DNA of 64,000 nucleotides from positions 121,953 through 185,952 of the forward strand of contig CAVTUQ010000014.1 of NCBI GenBank assembly GCA_963737905.1, given 5' to 3'. Made by a program: the position numbers and the translations under genes. The stretch is from an uncultured delta proteobacterium (lineage in GTDB: Bacteria > Desulfobacterota > Binatia > UBA9968). Shown in pieces: positions 1-9,790 of the stretch. Every line of letters begins with the position of its first letter. The first letter of the stretch is position 1. The notes beneath the pieces were generated by a model, which worked only from the letters and a program-made list of their open reading frames with translations, was not told the DNA's origin and made no database searches.

Positions 1-372
1 TTTTGCGGGGAGCAACCTGCGAACGGCCGCGATTAAGGCGGCTGCATCTATAGGTTTCTGAATAAACTCTGCGAAGTCTTCCAAAATAACCTTTCCCGAA
101 CCGGCGGAAAGATACCCTGAAATGACTATTATCGGCATGTTCGGCCATCTGGCACGAATTTGGTGGATCAGATTGACTCCATGAAGTCCGGGGAGAACAA
201 GGTCAACGATTACTAGATCAAAGGCTTCCTGAGTAAGTACTTCGGCTCCCGTAGTAAGTATTTCCAAGGCTTGGTCCCCGTTTTGTGCTTCGGCTACTTG
301 GTAACCTTCGGCTCGCAAAATCTGAGTAAACGCGCGCCGACTCAGAGAGTCGTCTTCAACAAAAAGAATCAT
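1..372 (-). CDS. Stand-alone response regulator receiver (CheY-like); 3' end runs off the window edge
   Basis: Not in the ORF track. Manual translation from ATG at 372: MILFVEDD...FDLVIVDLVLPGLHG...PIIVISGY...FIQKPIDAAALIAAVRRLLPAK. All receiver motifs present (acidic pocket, phospho-Asp, S/T, KP). Confidence 0.9.
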   Translation of the reverse strand, partial: MILFVEDDSLSRRAFTQILRAEGYQVAEAQNGDQALEILTTGAEVLTQEAFDLVIVDLVLPGLHGVNLIHQIRARWPNMPIIVISGYLSAGSGKVILEDFAEFIQKPIDAAALIAAVRRLLPAK

Positions 373-644
373 TTTCGGTCTAAGTTAGCTGTTTCACCTT
401 CGGACATCCGCAGACTCGTCTATATGCTCATTCATTGATCCTTTAACATCGTGCTGTCAACGAAGTCGTTGTCCTTGTTCAACCGTTAGGCTAAGTGACG
501 TCTGATTATAAGCCATCTTGAGTCTAATGCCAGCTGGGGCACAGTCAACCTCTTTTTTGTTTAATTCTATCGAACAAGGCTCCTAGAATCGGTTACCTAG
601 AATTCTCTTAACCTTTAGAAAGCATCCCAAACATCCTCATGTTC

Positions 645-900
645 TGCAGGCGAGACAATCGCTGGTCTGAGTCAATCGCGATCGGCAGCGAGGGATTTGT
701 TGAGCAAGTGAAAATTGAATTGGGCTTCAGAGCACAACATCGCCAGGTTGCGGTGGCGGACGGTTTGTATACTCTTCGAGAGCCGGTGCCGCCTTATGGC
801 GACCATTTCGATAGGGAAAATGAGGCTCTAAGGCCAAATAACACCGTTCCCTGGCAAACAAACCTTGAAACAACAGAGGCTTAGCCTCGGTCCGACCCCA
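645..900 (+). mobile_element. RAYT/IS200-like (Y1 HUH) transposase 3'-end relic, copy 1 of 3
   Basis: Encodes RRDNRWSESIAIGSEGFVEQVKIELG...YTLREP, which resembles the C-terminus of RAYT-type transposases. Ends TAGCCTCGGTCCGACCCC. Highly similar to 4343-4640 and 9791-10006. Confidence 0.7.
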
Positions 901-1141
901 ACGTCCCGACGTGTCTGATCCCCGCGGATCGGGTCCTCGGAGAATTCAATAAAAAGCTTTAGCGAACCGACTTGATGAGGGTTCGCGTCGCTACAATAAC
1001 GTGGAAGGCCAAAAGCATGGATACACTCCCCGGTGAAGAATTCAGGAGTACAATGTTTTTGCGTCCCAATCAGTGACTCGTTTTTTTCCTTTTTCCAAAT
1101 GGAATAAGCTCGGGACCGCATCGTTAAGCGCGGCTCCTATC

Positions 1142-3157
1142 CTAGTTCTGATCAATCCTTACCGCCGCCGTTTGCCGCACAAAGCCGGGAGGACGGCCGT
1201 GCTTGGAACGAATTTCTAACCAACCATCGCGGGAATCGACAACATTGATTTTAATTCCCGGTTTAATGTTGGCGATCAGCCGTGAGGTATCGCTCGGCTC
1301 CCTGTAAACTTGGGTTGACCGAGATATTTTGTATGTACCCTGGACACGTCTCCGTATTTGTTTGGGAAATTCATTAGCTCCCGACGCAGGACTTGATCTT
1401 TGGAGCGTTTCTGAGCCAGCCTCGATTGGGATCGATTGCTCAATAGTCACGGTTTCAGGCGCGACGGCTAGTTCTTTCGACCCGGAAGGCTTGTTGGAGC
1501 CTGTGTTCAGGGCGCCGACAGCGACGGTGGCCACGATTGCAATCGCACCCGTGGCCGCAATCATTCCGACGCGCCGTGTTCGCTTTCCTGGAGTCTGGAT
1601 GAGCGGTTTGATTTCTTCGTCGTTTGCCACGTGGACCCTGGCCGCCGAGTCGTCCGAACTCAAATCGATGGGATTGCTACTCTTATCACCTAGGCCATCG
1701 ATCAGGGAATTCGCTTCCGAGACTGCCACTTGCTGCGCTTGTAATTCCACGAGGTGCTGCCGAAAGGTGCTAACCTGCGTTTGGGTTTCCTCACTCTCTA
1801 CGGGCCGTTCCTGCGATCGCGAAATTTCTTCTTCAAGTCGGCGATTTTCCTCACTTAGCTCCTCGCACATGCGCTCCATTCCCGCCAACCGTTCGCAAGT
1901 CGCATCTAGCTCTTGAACTTTTACTTTCCCCGTATCGAGCTCCCGTTGCAAGTCCGCGACTTGTGTTTTCAGCTTGTCTTGCTCCTCGTTCAAGATCATT
2001 TCCCGAGATTCAACCATGCCTAGTTGTTCCTGTGTGGCCTCCAATTCACGGACTCGCGCTTGGCCTTCTTCTGCTTGTCGTTTCAACTCGACAACTTCGT
2101 TTTGCAGTCGCGCATAACATTCGGCGGACTCCTGATTCTGCCATGCGGATTCGCTAAGCCGGGTTTCGCTCGTTTGAAGCTGGTTTTGCAGAGACGCAAT
2201 CTCTTCGCGCAGCTGCTGATTTTCGAAATTGACGCCACCTAGGCGCTGTTGCTTGGCCTCAAGCTCTCTTATGGCTTCTTGGCTTGCTTGCAGCTGATTG
2301 CTCAGTTCGCTGACCTCGGTTTGGAGTCTCGAATTGTGCTCGGTAATCTCCCGGGCCTGAGTGACTGCTTCATTACAACGGCTTGCGGTCGTTCCTAGTT
2401 GTGTTTTTACGCTTGCTATTTCCTCTCGAAGCGCTTGGTTCTCGGTGTGCAACTGCTGATTCTCGGATTGAATACCAGGCATGTGATCCTGTAGTGTTCG
2501 GAGTTCTTCTACGGTCTGTTCGCTCGCCGCGAGCTGACTTGAAAGCGAGTTCATCATCTCCAGCAGCTCGTTGTTTTTCATCGTCAGTTTATCCATTTGC
2601 TGTCTTGATTCGGCGAGGTCAGATTCTAGTTGTAAATCGCGATCAGCAACCTCCTTGTACTGACTGGCAGTTGTGTTAAGCAGCGATTCGCTCGTTTGAA
2701 GCTGGTTTCGGAGGTTCTCAATCTCCTCGCGCAGCTGCTGGTTTTCCAAATTGACGCCACCTAGGCGCTGTTGCTCGGCCTCAAGCGCCTTGATGGTTTC
2801 TTGGCTTGCTTGCAACTGCTGTTCTAGCTCGCCAGCGCTCATTAGCTGGCGTTGCTCGCACTGAAGCTCCTCCACCATTCTTTTGCTGTCTTCAAGTTCG
2901 CTTGACAGGGAGGCGATCTTTTCGATGAGGTACTTGTTTCTCGTCGTTAATTCCGCGGATGGATGCGTTTCAGAGTCTTGAGCATCGGAGGTCGGACATA
3001 GCTGGCCAATGATGGCGCGGATGCGATGATTGCGTCGGAGTTTCTCTAACTCGCGTCGCTGTTTTCTAAGCTCGCGCTCGGCAGCCAGCAGAAGTATCCC
3101 TAGAACTATCATGGCTGCGGCGGCGAACATAAGCAGCCAGGCTAACAGGGTTTCCAT
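1142..3157 (-). CDS. Membrane-anchored long coiled-coil protein with a second TM helix and C-terminal SH3b-like domain
   Basis: N-terminal hydrophobic helix; ~430 aa rich in E/Q/L heptads; TM segment (VGMIAATGAIAIVATVAVGAL); C-terminal VYREPS...IKPGIKINVVDSRDGWLEI...GFV typical of bacterial SH3. RBS GAGGA before the ATG. Confidence 0.8.
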   Translation of the reverse strand: METLLAWLLMFAAAAMIVLGILLLAAERELRKQRRELEKLRRNHRIRAIIGQLCPTSDAQDSETHPSAELTTRNKYLIEKIASLSSELEDSKRMVEELQCEQRQLMSAGELEQQLQASQETIKALEAEQQRLGGVNLENQQLREEIENLRNQLQTSESLLNTTASQYKEVADRDLQLESDLAESRQQMDKLTMKNNELLEMMNSLSSQLAASEQTVEELRTLQDHMPGIQSENQQLHTENQALREEIASVKTQLGTTASRCNEAVTQAREITEHNSRLQTEVSELSNQLQASQEAIRELEAKQQRLGGVNFENQQLREEIASLQNQLQTSETRLSESAWQNQESAECYARLQNEVVELKRQAEEGQARVRELEATQEQLGMVESREMILNEEQDKLKTQVADLQRELDTGKVKVQELDATCERLAGMERMCEELSEENRRLEEEISRSQERPVESEETQTQVSTFRQHLVELQAQQVAVSEANSLIDGLGDKSSNPIDLSSDDSAARVHVANDEEIKPLIQTPGKRTRRVGMIAATGAIAIVATVAVGALNTGSNKPSGSKELAVAPETVTIEQSIPIEAGSETLQRSSPASGANEFPKQIRRRVQGTYKISRSTQVYREPSDTSRLIANIKPGIKINVVDSRDGWLEIRSKHGRPPGFVRQTAAVRIDQN
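2165..2832. repeat. Intragenic direct repeat of ~145 bp (2165-2310 and 2687-2832), 522 bp apart
   Basis: Both copies encode QLQASQE.I..LEA.QQRLGGVN.ENQQLREEI..L.NQLQTSE; the DNA similarity is directly visible. Confidence 0.9.
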
Positions 3158-3234
3158 AATATTCCTCCTATACCAACTTCGTCGCCGGTGACTCGAAAAT
3201 ATTCTCTAAGCCGTTTCTTGAGGAGCTGAATTTC

Positions 3235-3423
3235 TTGCCGCTGGTGTTGAGCAATGTTCTAGGGGGGAGCAATGGATCTGCCATCCGGCTAAGCACCCCT
3301 AAGAGTCCGCTTAAAAAAAATCGTGACCGCGACTTGTCTGACTGCGAGCGTGAGGCCGCCTTTGCTGGCGCTGGCGACAAGCAGCAGGTCTTCGATAACT
3401 GCATGAAGGCTAGGGGCTATTAG
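3235..3423 (+). pseudogene. C-terminal remnant of a small Cys-containing lipoprotein-like protein
   Basis: DLSDCEREA...FDNCMKARGY is a C...CMxARGY tail common in small lipoproteins; no signal peptide or lipobox upstream. Confidence 0.4.
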
Positions 3424-3626
3424 TAGGAGCCCTCGTCACAGCAGGGAGATTGCCCGCCGGAGACCGATCGTTGACCCGAACCCGCCCCGGCCGTCCCCGA
3501 AACCGCCTTTTTTAACGCTCTCCCGAGGTCCTGTAGATCTTCCCCTATGCCACGAGTCGTTGCGCATCCTTCCAAGGTTAATACGGCCAAAAGCAACGCC
3601 CAGAGGGGCGACGTCTTCCTTTTCAT
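3420..3626 (-). CDS. Entericidin EcnA/B-family small lipoprotein
   Basis: Lipobox LEGC followed by ATTRGIGEDLQDLGRALKKA, matching the EcnAB pattern C.T..G.G.D....G.AI; RBS GGAGG. Confidence 0.8.
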   Translation of the reverse strand: MKRKTSPLWALLLAVLTLEGCATTRGIGEDLQDLGRALKKAVSGTAGAGSGQRSVSGGQSPCCDEGSY

Positions 3627-3820
3627 TTTGCCTCCAGGTGAATCTATAGCGCCGGGTGAATGGAGGATCGACTTTTCGTTTCTTCGTTCCGTTCTTGACA
3701 GTAGATCGTTCCAGTCTGGCTAAATAGAAAAATGGTCGACAATAAAAATAAAATAAAACGATATTTTCTGGTCACGATTGCCTCGGGTGCTTACCATGCA
3801 GTCCTCCCAATTCTCTAAGG

Positions 3821-3836
3821 AGCAATGGATATGCCA
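3821..3836 (-). promoter_or_regulatory. Putative sigma-54 promoter for the entericidin-like gene
   Basis: Minus strand TGGCATATCCATTGCT = GG-N10-GC, close to consensus TGGCAC-N5-TTGCW. Confidence 0.6.
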
Positions 3837-4342
3837 CCCGGCTAGACATTGCCAACACGACGATTTTTGCGGTTTTACAAAGCAGGTCGGCCATTCAAGC
3901 TTGAAGAATTTACCTGACCAGCGAAAATTTCGGCCTGTTCTAATGGACTCGCCACCCCTCTCTGAAATTTTCCCCCGTAACAGGGGATTACTATCCAGAC
4001 GGGTTGACGAGCCCCTTCGAACTGATCCCAAGAAAATTCACTTGCTTAGCCTCGTTTAGATCGGCGGCATTGGCGTTGCTCAGGAAAACATGCATATCAC
4101 GCTGCCACAGCTGGCAGGTTTATAGGCGTTAGGACGGAGCGGATATTTTCAGTAAGGGGATTAGAGACACACGACCAGCACGCCGTAGGAGATGGCATAC
4201 GGAGTCGCGCGAGAGGACTTTGCACAAATCCGCAGTGCGACAAAGACGCAGATTCTATTTTTCTAACTGCCCAGTGTCGGGTACAACCCGGAAGAAGAAA
4301 ACCAGCTATTAGAAAAACTGCATTGCCAAGCCGTATAACAAA

Positions 4343-4640
4343 AAGGCGCATCGTGAATGGGTCGAAGCAGGATCGAGCGGAGACATAGTGCGACGAGACG
4401 ATCGCTAGTCTGAGTCGATCGGGTTCGGCAGCGAGGGATCGGTTGAGCAAGTGAAAATTGAATTGGGCTTCAGAGCACAACATCGCCAGGTTTGTGGGGA
4501 CGGTTTGTATACTCTTCGCGAGCCAGTGTCGCCTTATGGCGACCATTTCGATAGGGAAAATGAGGCTCTAAGGCCAAATAATACCGTTCCCTGGCAAACA
4601 AATCTTGAAACCAACAGAGGCTTAGCCTGGTCCGACCTCC
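4343..4640 (+). mobile_element. RAYT-type transposase 3'-end relic, copy 2 (longest; stops and frameshifts)
   Basis: KAHREWVEAG...RRDDR*SESI...EQVKIELGFRAQHRQV...; ends TAGCCTGGTCCGACC. Confidence 0.7.
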
Positions 4641-4752
4641 AACGTTTTTTCCGTTTGTGGGACCTAAGTCCTATGCTTTAGTGCGCTCTCGGGGTTTTGC
4701 CCTGAACCCTTCCCAATCAAAGAGTTTCGCCAGTGCGTCAGTCTCCGCACGG

Positions 4753-6339
4753 CTAGCGTCCATCGTCGTGATGGCGGTCACGATCGCGTCGATCTTCGCA
4801 AACGAAGTTCGCCGCATCATCGATGCTGCCAGACCCCACGTACCGCGCCACTTGCGGGTAAGCACAGATGGGACGTGTGCGGCTCACCGCGCCGGCAGTA
4901 ACCCTGGAGGCAATGATCTCCTCCGGGGCCGTGCCCTCCTCGACCCAATCCTCAAGCGCGCTCACCAGGTCCAACGTATTGGGCCCTCCAGGGTTGGCTC
5001 CGCCACAATGTCCCACATTGGGCAATAGGAAGAGTCGGACGAAATCCTCCGTTTTGTCCGGGTGACGCCGGTTACGATCGGCTTTGGTCCGAATCCTGTT
5101 GTAGTAATCAATGGTGTCCACCGGGTTTGGCAGTGGGTCGGATTCACCATGCCACACGATCATCTTGCCGCCACGCTTATTGAAGGCGGTCAGATCTGGG
5201 TTGTCCGCGTTGTGGATGAACTCTAGTGTCTCACCATCGAACTCCTTGTTGAGCGTATATTCGACGTCTCTGTCGAAAGTGAAGGTCGTGAAGTTATAGT
5301 TGGGATCTTCGAAGACCGTATTCTGAAAGAACGTGGTGTATTGTGGATTTGGCACGTCCCCGATCGATTGTCCCTGATCGAGTTCGCTCGTCCTCGGCAC
5401 CCCTGGATAGACCTGTTCGCCCGTGGCCAGGTTCACCGGTGGCCCGGCGTACATACACTGGAGGGTTTCGACCTGGGGCGCGGTGAGACACGTCGGGTTG
5501 TCGGCACCGGTGCAGAGCAAACTCTTGGGCTGGAACTTGCAGCGCCGCGGGTCGTCGACCTGGCCGTCCACAAGACCGTCCAGGTGGTCGCAGGCCGCTA
5601 TTACCGCCTTGAAGATTGCCGGCAGCTTGCCGACTGGGATGGCGTGCGCGCCGGTCGGATCCTCATGATTGCACTGCCAGGTCCAGACATGCCGCGATCG
5701 CAGTTGGAGCACCCGGTAGACAGGTGAGCCAGCGATGATGCCATCGTAGTCGTCGGGGTAGCGCTGGGCCTCCATGAACGCCTGCCGGCCGCCAGTCGAG
5801 CACCCGTTGAAGTAGGAACGCTCGGGATCGGCTCCGTAGAAGCCGTTGATGATCGCTTTGGACTTCAACGTGAGCTCGTGAATCGATCGATAGCCGTAGT
5901 CTTTGATCTGCTGCGCGTTGGTCCACCAGGGATCGCCAGGGGCGTTGGAGCTGTGCCCAGTGTCCGTAGATGCTGTGGCATAATTGCGACTGAGCGCGGT
6001 TTGCATGTCCGAGAAGCTGATCGATCCGGCCAGGCCGCCGTTGCCGACTGCCTGGAATTTCCCGTTCCAGTCTACCGTCGGTATCCAGACTTCGAAGAGG
6101 ATCGCCGGCGTTATGACCCCTCTCACCCGACAGATGGGAAGCGCAATATTGCCGACCGGGGACGGATTCGGGCCCGCTGCCAGCGACTCAACTAGCGTGA
6201 TGGTCGTTTCCGGTAAGTTGAGGGCCGCGAAAGTCTCGAGGGTACAAGGCGCGGTCGTAGCTGTGGACGGCGTCGGCGCGAGCGCGACCGTCACAACCAA
6301 GGCAGTGGAGAGAACAATGAGAAAAAAGCGGCGACTCAT
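4753..6339 (-). CDS. Secreted tannase/feruloyl esterase family alpha/beta hydrolase
   Basis: Signal peptide MSRRFFLIVLSTALVV...; GNGG, TDTGH, GCSTGGRQ nucleophile, HGESDP, GHCGG, RPICAYP motifs. ATG at 6339 with RBS GGAGG. Confidence 0.93.
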   Translation of the reverse strand: MSRRFFLIVLSTALVVTVALAPTPSTATTAPCTLETFAALNLPETTITLVESLAAGPNPSPVGNIALPICRVRGVITPAILFEVWIPTVDWNGKFQAVGNGGLAGSISFSDMQTALSRNYATASTDTGHSSNAPGDPWWTNAQQIKDYGYRSIHELTLKSKAIINGFYGADPERSYFNGCSTGGRQAFMEAQRYPDDYDGIIAGSPVYRVLQLRSRHVWTWQCNHEDPTGAHAIPVGKLPAIFKAVIAACDHLDGLVDGQVDDPRRCKFQPKSLLCTGADNPTCLTAPQVETLQCMYAGPPVNLATGEQVYPGVPRTSELDQGQSIGDVPNPQYTTFFQNTVFEDPNYNFTTFTFDRDVEYTLNKEFDGETLEFIHNADNPDLTAFNKRGGKMIVWHGESDPLPNPVDTIDYYNRIRTKADRNRRHPDKTEDFVRLFLLPNVGHCGGANPGGPNTLDLVSALEDWVEEGTAPEEIIASRVTAGAVSRTRPICAYPQVARYVGSGSIDDAANFVCEDRRDRDRHHDDGR

Positions 6340-6376
6340 AAGGCACCTCCTACTTTTTTGGTGGGATAGCTTCAAG

Positions 6377-6588
6377 TTTTATTGTAGAAGAAGCGGGCTC
6401 GTCCAATATTATTTTTCAATGACGGCCATCGGTTTTCCTTATGCCGCGTCAAGTTCCGGTATTGTGTAAAATAGAAGTTCGCGCTCCGATTGATTTTTCC
6501 TCATTACCTATTTCTACTCGTCAGAAATAAAACTTATAGCTGACATTAGAAAAATATATTGGACGGCCGGCAATCTTCTAGATAAAAA
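6377..6588. promoter_or_regulatory. Imperfect ~60-bp inverted repeat forming homologous leaders of two divergent hydrolase genes
   Basis: 6377-6436 TTTTATTGTAGAAG..GTCCAATATTATTTTTCAATGACGGCCATCGGTTTT versus the reverse complement of 6529-6588 TTTTATCTAGAAG..GTCCAATATATTTTTCTAATGTCAGCTATAAGTTTT. Confidence 0.7.
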
Positions 6589-6619
6589 GGCAGTCTCACT
6601 CCCGAAAGGAAGCACAAAC

Positions 6620-8158
6620 ATGTACGAAATCAAAATAGACAGATCACTGTTCATCCTAGCCATAGTTTTGGCTTTTGGTTTGCTCTGCTTTTCCGCATCG
6701 CAGGCCCAGCTCCAGCCGACCACAAATGTCGTTGTCACCGACAATCTTAACAGCGACGGCAATATCAACGTGAACGCGGCGCGCTTGCGACGACCCAGCA
6801 CCGACGTGTTGGGAAAGGCGCACATCGGCATCTTCGTCATGCATTCTTTCTCCGGTTACCAGAATTTTTCAGTTTGCAATGGATTGGCCCAGCGGGGTTT
6901 TACGACCTTGTGTGCCGACAGCATATGGACGGGACGTCAGGACCAATTTTACGGCTTTGAGCAGCATGCTCCGGGAATCAGAGCGGGAATCAACTACTTG
7001 CGAAACCTTCCCGCTGATCCGGCAACGGGTCTACCGGCCATCTCAAAGGTCATTCTTTGGGGCCACAGCGCAGGCTCGGCCATGATGTCGTTCTATCAGA
7101 ACGTCGCGGAAAACGGTCCACGGATTGCCTGCCAGGGACGGGAAAAAATCCTTCCCTGCGTTGATACGAACCTACGCAACTTGCCCAAGGCAGACGGGTT
7201 GATGTTGTTCGACCCGCAGGAAGGGCCCGACGTATGGTTCTTCAATGTAGACCCGGCGGTGATTAACAACGCTTGTACTGTCCGGGATCCGCGGTTGGAC
7301 ATGTTCCTCCCCGAGAACGGCTTGACCAGTAACGAGTCCGGGACCTACAGCAAGCAATTCTTGAACAGATTTTTCAAGGAGCAAGCCGAACGAAATCGCG
7401 ATCTACTTGAAGTAGCGCAGGACTTGTTGCGTGCAAAAAGACTGATTACCGGCAACCCTGACGAGATGGGCGACGATATACCGTTCACGATCGTTGGCAC
7501 CACAGATGCGCGGCCATGGAACTATGATTTAAACTTGCGCCACATCACCAAGAAGCCGCACGTCTTTCTGTCCCGCGATGGCACGAACAAGTTCCAGATC
7601 GTGGAAACCGTTCGAGTTCCCAACGGAGATGCTGAATCAGGCTTGGATTGTGCCACTTCGACGCAGACTGTCAACGTGCATATCTGGCTTGGCGCGAAAG
7701 CTTTGCGTACCACTGACCAACAAAAAGATGGCAAAGATCATAAAAAAGACCACCGGAACAAACACGATGAGATCTACAATCAGACCGAAAATGATATTCT
7801 TGGTATCGATTGGGATTCAACCGCCACAAATCCTTACACCAACCTCAAGGGAGTCGGAAAACATCCAAATGACAATCAGAAGACAACACCACTGCTGATT
7901 ATCTCCAACGGCGCTTATTACTTTATCGTTCCCGGGGAGATTTACTATGATATAGCGTACAGCAAGGACAAAACGTACGCTATATCAGAAGGTGCCGTGC
8001 ACGGCGGTGGACCCTGCGCCGACTGCACGCGCGTAATCCTCAACAATCCCGACCTGGCAACTGCCGAGGCCAATGCTTACTGGACCGACCCACAAGGGAA
8101 CGGCCCACTCGAAAGATCCTTCAACTTCATGGCTGACTGGTTGACCGCGAGGTATTAG
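6620..8158 (+). CDS. Secreted alpha/beta hydrolase, uncharacterised family, paralog A
   Basis: Signal peptide; WGHSAGS nucleophile elbow; SFYQNVAENG..C; EGAVHG His motif; clearly homologous to 8358-9689. Confidence 0.8.
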   Translation: MYEIKIDRSLFILAIVLAFGLLCFSASQAQLQPTTNVVVTDNLNSDGNINVNAARLRRPSTDVLGKAHIGIFVMHSFSGYQNFSVCNGLAQRGFTTLCADSIWTGRQDQFYGFEQHAPGIRAGINYLRNLPADPATGLPAISKVILWGHSAGSAMMSFYQNVAENGPRIACQGREKILPCVDTNLRNLPKADGLMLFDPQEGPDVWFFNVDPAVINNACTVRDPRLDMFLPENGLTSNESGTYSKQFLNRFFKEQAERNRDLLEVAQDLLRAKRLITGNPDEMGDDIPFTIVGTTDARPWNYDLNLRHITKKPHVFLSRDGTNKFQIVETVRVPNGDAESGLDCATSTQTVNVHIWLGAKALRTTDQQKDGKDHKKDHRNKHDEIYNQTENDILGIDWDSTATNPYTNLKGVGKHPNDNQKTTPLLIISNGAYYFIVPGEIYYDIAYSKDKTYAISEGAVHGGGPCADCTRVILNNPDLATAEANAYWTDPQGNGPLERSFNFMADWLTARY

Positions 8159-8357
8159 AAGCGCTGCGATTAAGTCCGTCGCTCGAATCTTCGATGAATG
8201 GGTAATTCGCGATTTTTGTTAGGAGAGGCAGAGATTTATCATAAAACGTGTTTCGCCAGGTTCAATTGGAAGCGAAAAAGAGACAGACACAAAAGAGACT
8301 GTCCCCTTAACTTTCCCTTAGCACCACAAATTGTCGAGTTGAAAAGAGGTTCAAAGG

Positions 8358-9689
8358 ATGAAAACAACAATACATTCATTAGCCGTCCTCGCAATAGTGA
8401 GCGTTCTTTCTCTCGCTCCCTCGCATTCGGCGTTCGCCCAAAGTAATCCCATCTACATTCAATTTTCTCCCGGGGCAGTGAAGGGCGCGCTGTACCGACC
8501 TGATAGTGAGCCGGCGCCCCATGTTGGCATACTGGTCATCCATCGCACATCGAACGTTATGGGAAGCCTGACGTGTACCGAATTGGCCACCAGAGGATTT
8601 ATGGTGCTTTGCATGAACCCGCGTTCCGACAACAATGAGGCTCTAGTGATCTGGGAGACCCTAGCACTCGATGTAAAATCGGGCATTGGATTCCTCAGAA
8701 AACAACCCGGCATTACCAAAGTTCTTCTTCTGGGCGGCAGCGGTGGCGGGCCCACGACTAGTTTCTATCAGGCCGTTGCAGAGAATGGGCCTTCCTATTG
8801 TCAAGGACCTAATAAGATCATCCAGTGCGGTAATGAACTCGCTGGCTTGCCGCCTGCAGATGGCATAGTTTTTAGAGACGCCCATCCTGGAAATCCAGTG
8901 ATCGCGGGAGTAAGAAATATTAATCCGGCAGTTGTCAACGACCGCGCGATTTACAATCGCAATGCCCCCGTTAGATTAAATCCAAACCTAGATCCTTTCG
9001 ATCCCAAAAACGGCTACAATCCTAACGGAGCATCCACCTACTCTGAGTCGTTCAAAAAGAGGTATTCCGCCGGACAGGCGGAGCGAATGAACACGTTAAT
9101 CGATCTGGCTTTGCAACGCTTGCATGAGATTGAGTCGAGCGACAATCCCACAGATGACGATGTATTCATTATTCGAAGGGGCGATAATGCAAAACTTTTC
9201 CAACTGGATCTGAGCATCCTTCATAGTACGGTAAAGCCGCAGAAATTGCTGAAGAACGATGGTACCATCATAACCCAAATCGTCGAAAGCGTAAGGGTGC
9301 CCGCTCCCGAACTCGCCCAGCTAAACCCGGCATTCAACGGTGGCACGCTGTTCTTGACGGTCCGGTCCTTCTTAAGTGCAAATGCGATTCGGGCCTGGGA
9401 TTCTATCGACGGAATCGATCACTGCTCAAGCAACAATTCAACCGTATGTGCCGTTCAAAGTATTTCTGTCCCGGTTCTATTCGCCACTATGCAAGGACAT
9501 TACTTTATACGCGATAACGAAATCCACTATGACCTAGCAAAGAGCAAAGATAAGGACCTCATTGTCATAGAAGGAGCAACGCATGGAATCACACCCTGCA
9601 TGCCTTGTGAGCAATTTCCAGGGCAATATTCAAATTCCGTGAAGAACTTTTTTGATTATGTAGCCGCTTGGATCAATGCAAGATTTTAA
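8358..9689 (+). CDS. Secreted alpha/beta hydrolase, uncharacterised family, paralog B
   Basis: Signal peptide ending AFA; GGSGGGP elbow; SFYQAVAENG..YC; DAHPG; EGATHG. Confidence 0.85.
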   Translation: MKTTIHSLAVLAIVSVLSLAPSHSAFAQSNPIYIQFSPGAVKGALYRPDSEPAPHVGILVIHRTSNVMGSLTCTELATRGFMVLCMNPRSDNNEALVIWETLALDVKSGIGFLRKQPGITKVLLLGGSGGGPTTSFYQAVAENGPSYCQGPNKIIQCGNELAGLPPADGIVFRDAHPGNPVIAGVRNINPAVVNDRAIYNRNAPVRLNPNLDPFDPKNGYNPNGASTYSESFKKRYSAGQAERMNTLIDLALQRLHEIESSDNPTDDDVFIIRRGDNAKLFQLDLSILHSTVKPQKLLKNDGTIITQIVESVRVPAPELAQLNPAFNGGTLFLTVRSFLSANAIRAWDSIDGIDHCSSNNSTVCAVQSISVPVLFATMQGHYFIRDNEIHYDLAKSKDKDLIVIEGATHGITPCMPCEQFPGQYSNSVKNFFDYVAAWINARF

Positions 9690-9790
9690 CATTATCGCCC
9701 AAGTTACACCTCACATCTCCCCATCAAATCCGCTTGGATTTGATGGGGAGTCATGTCACTTCCACTCTTTCCTTTTTGTTTCTCGCCTGC

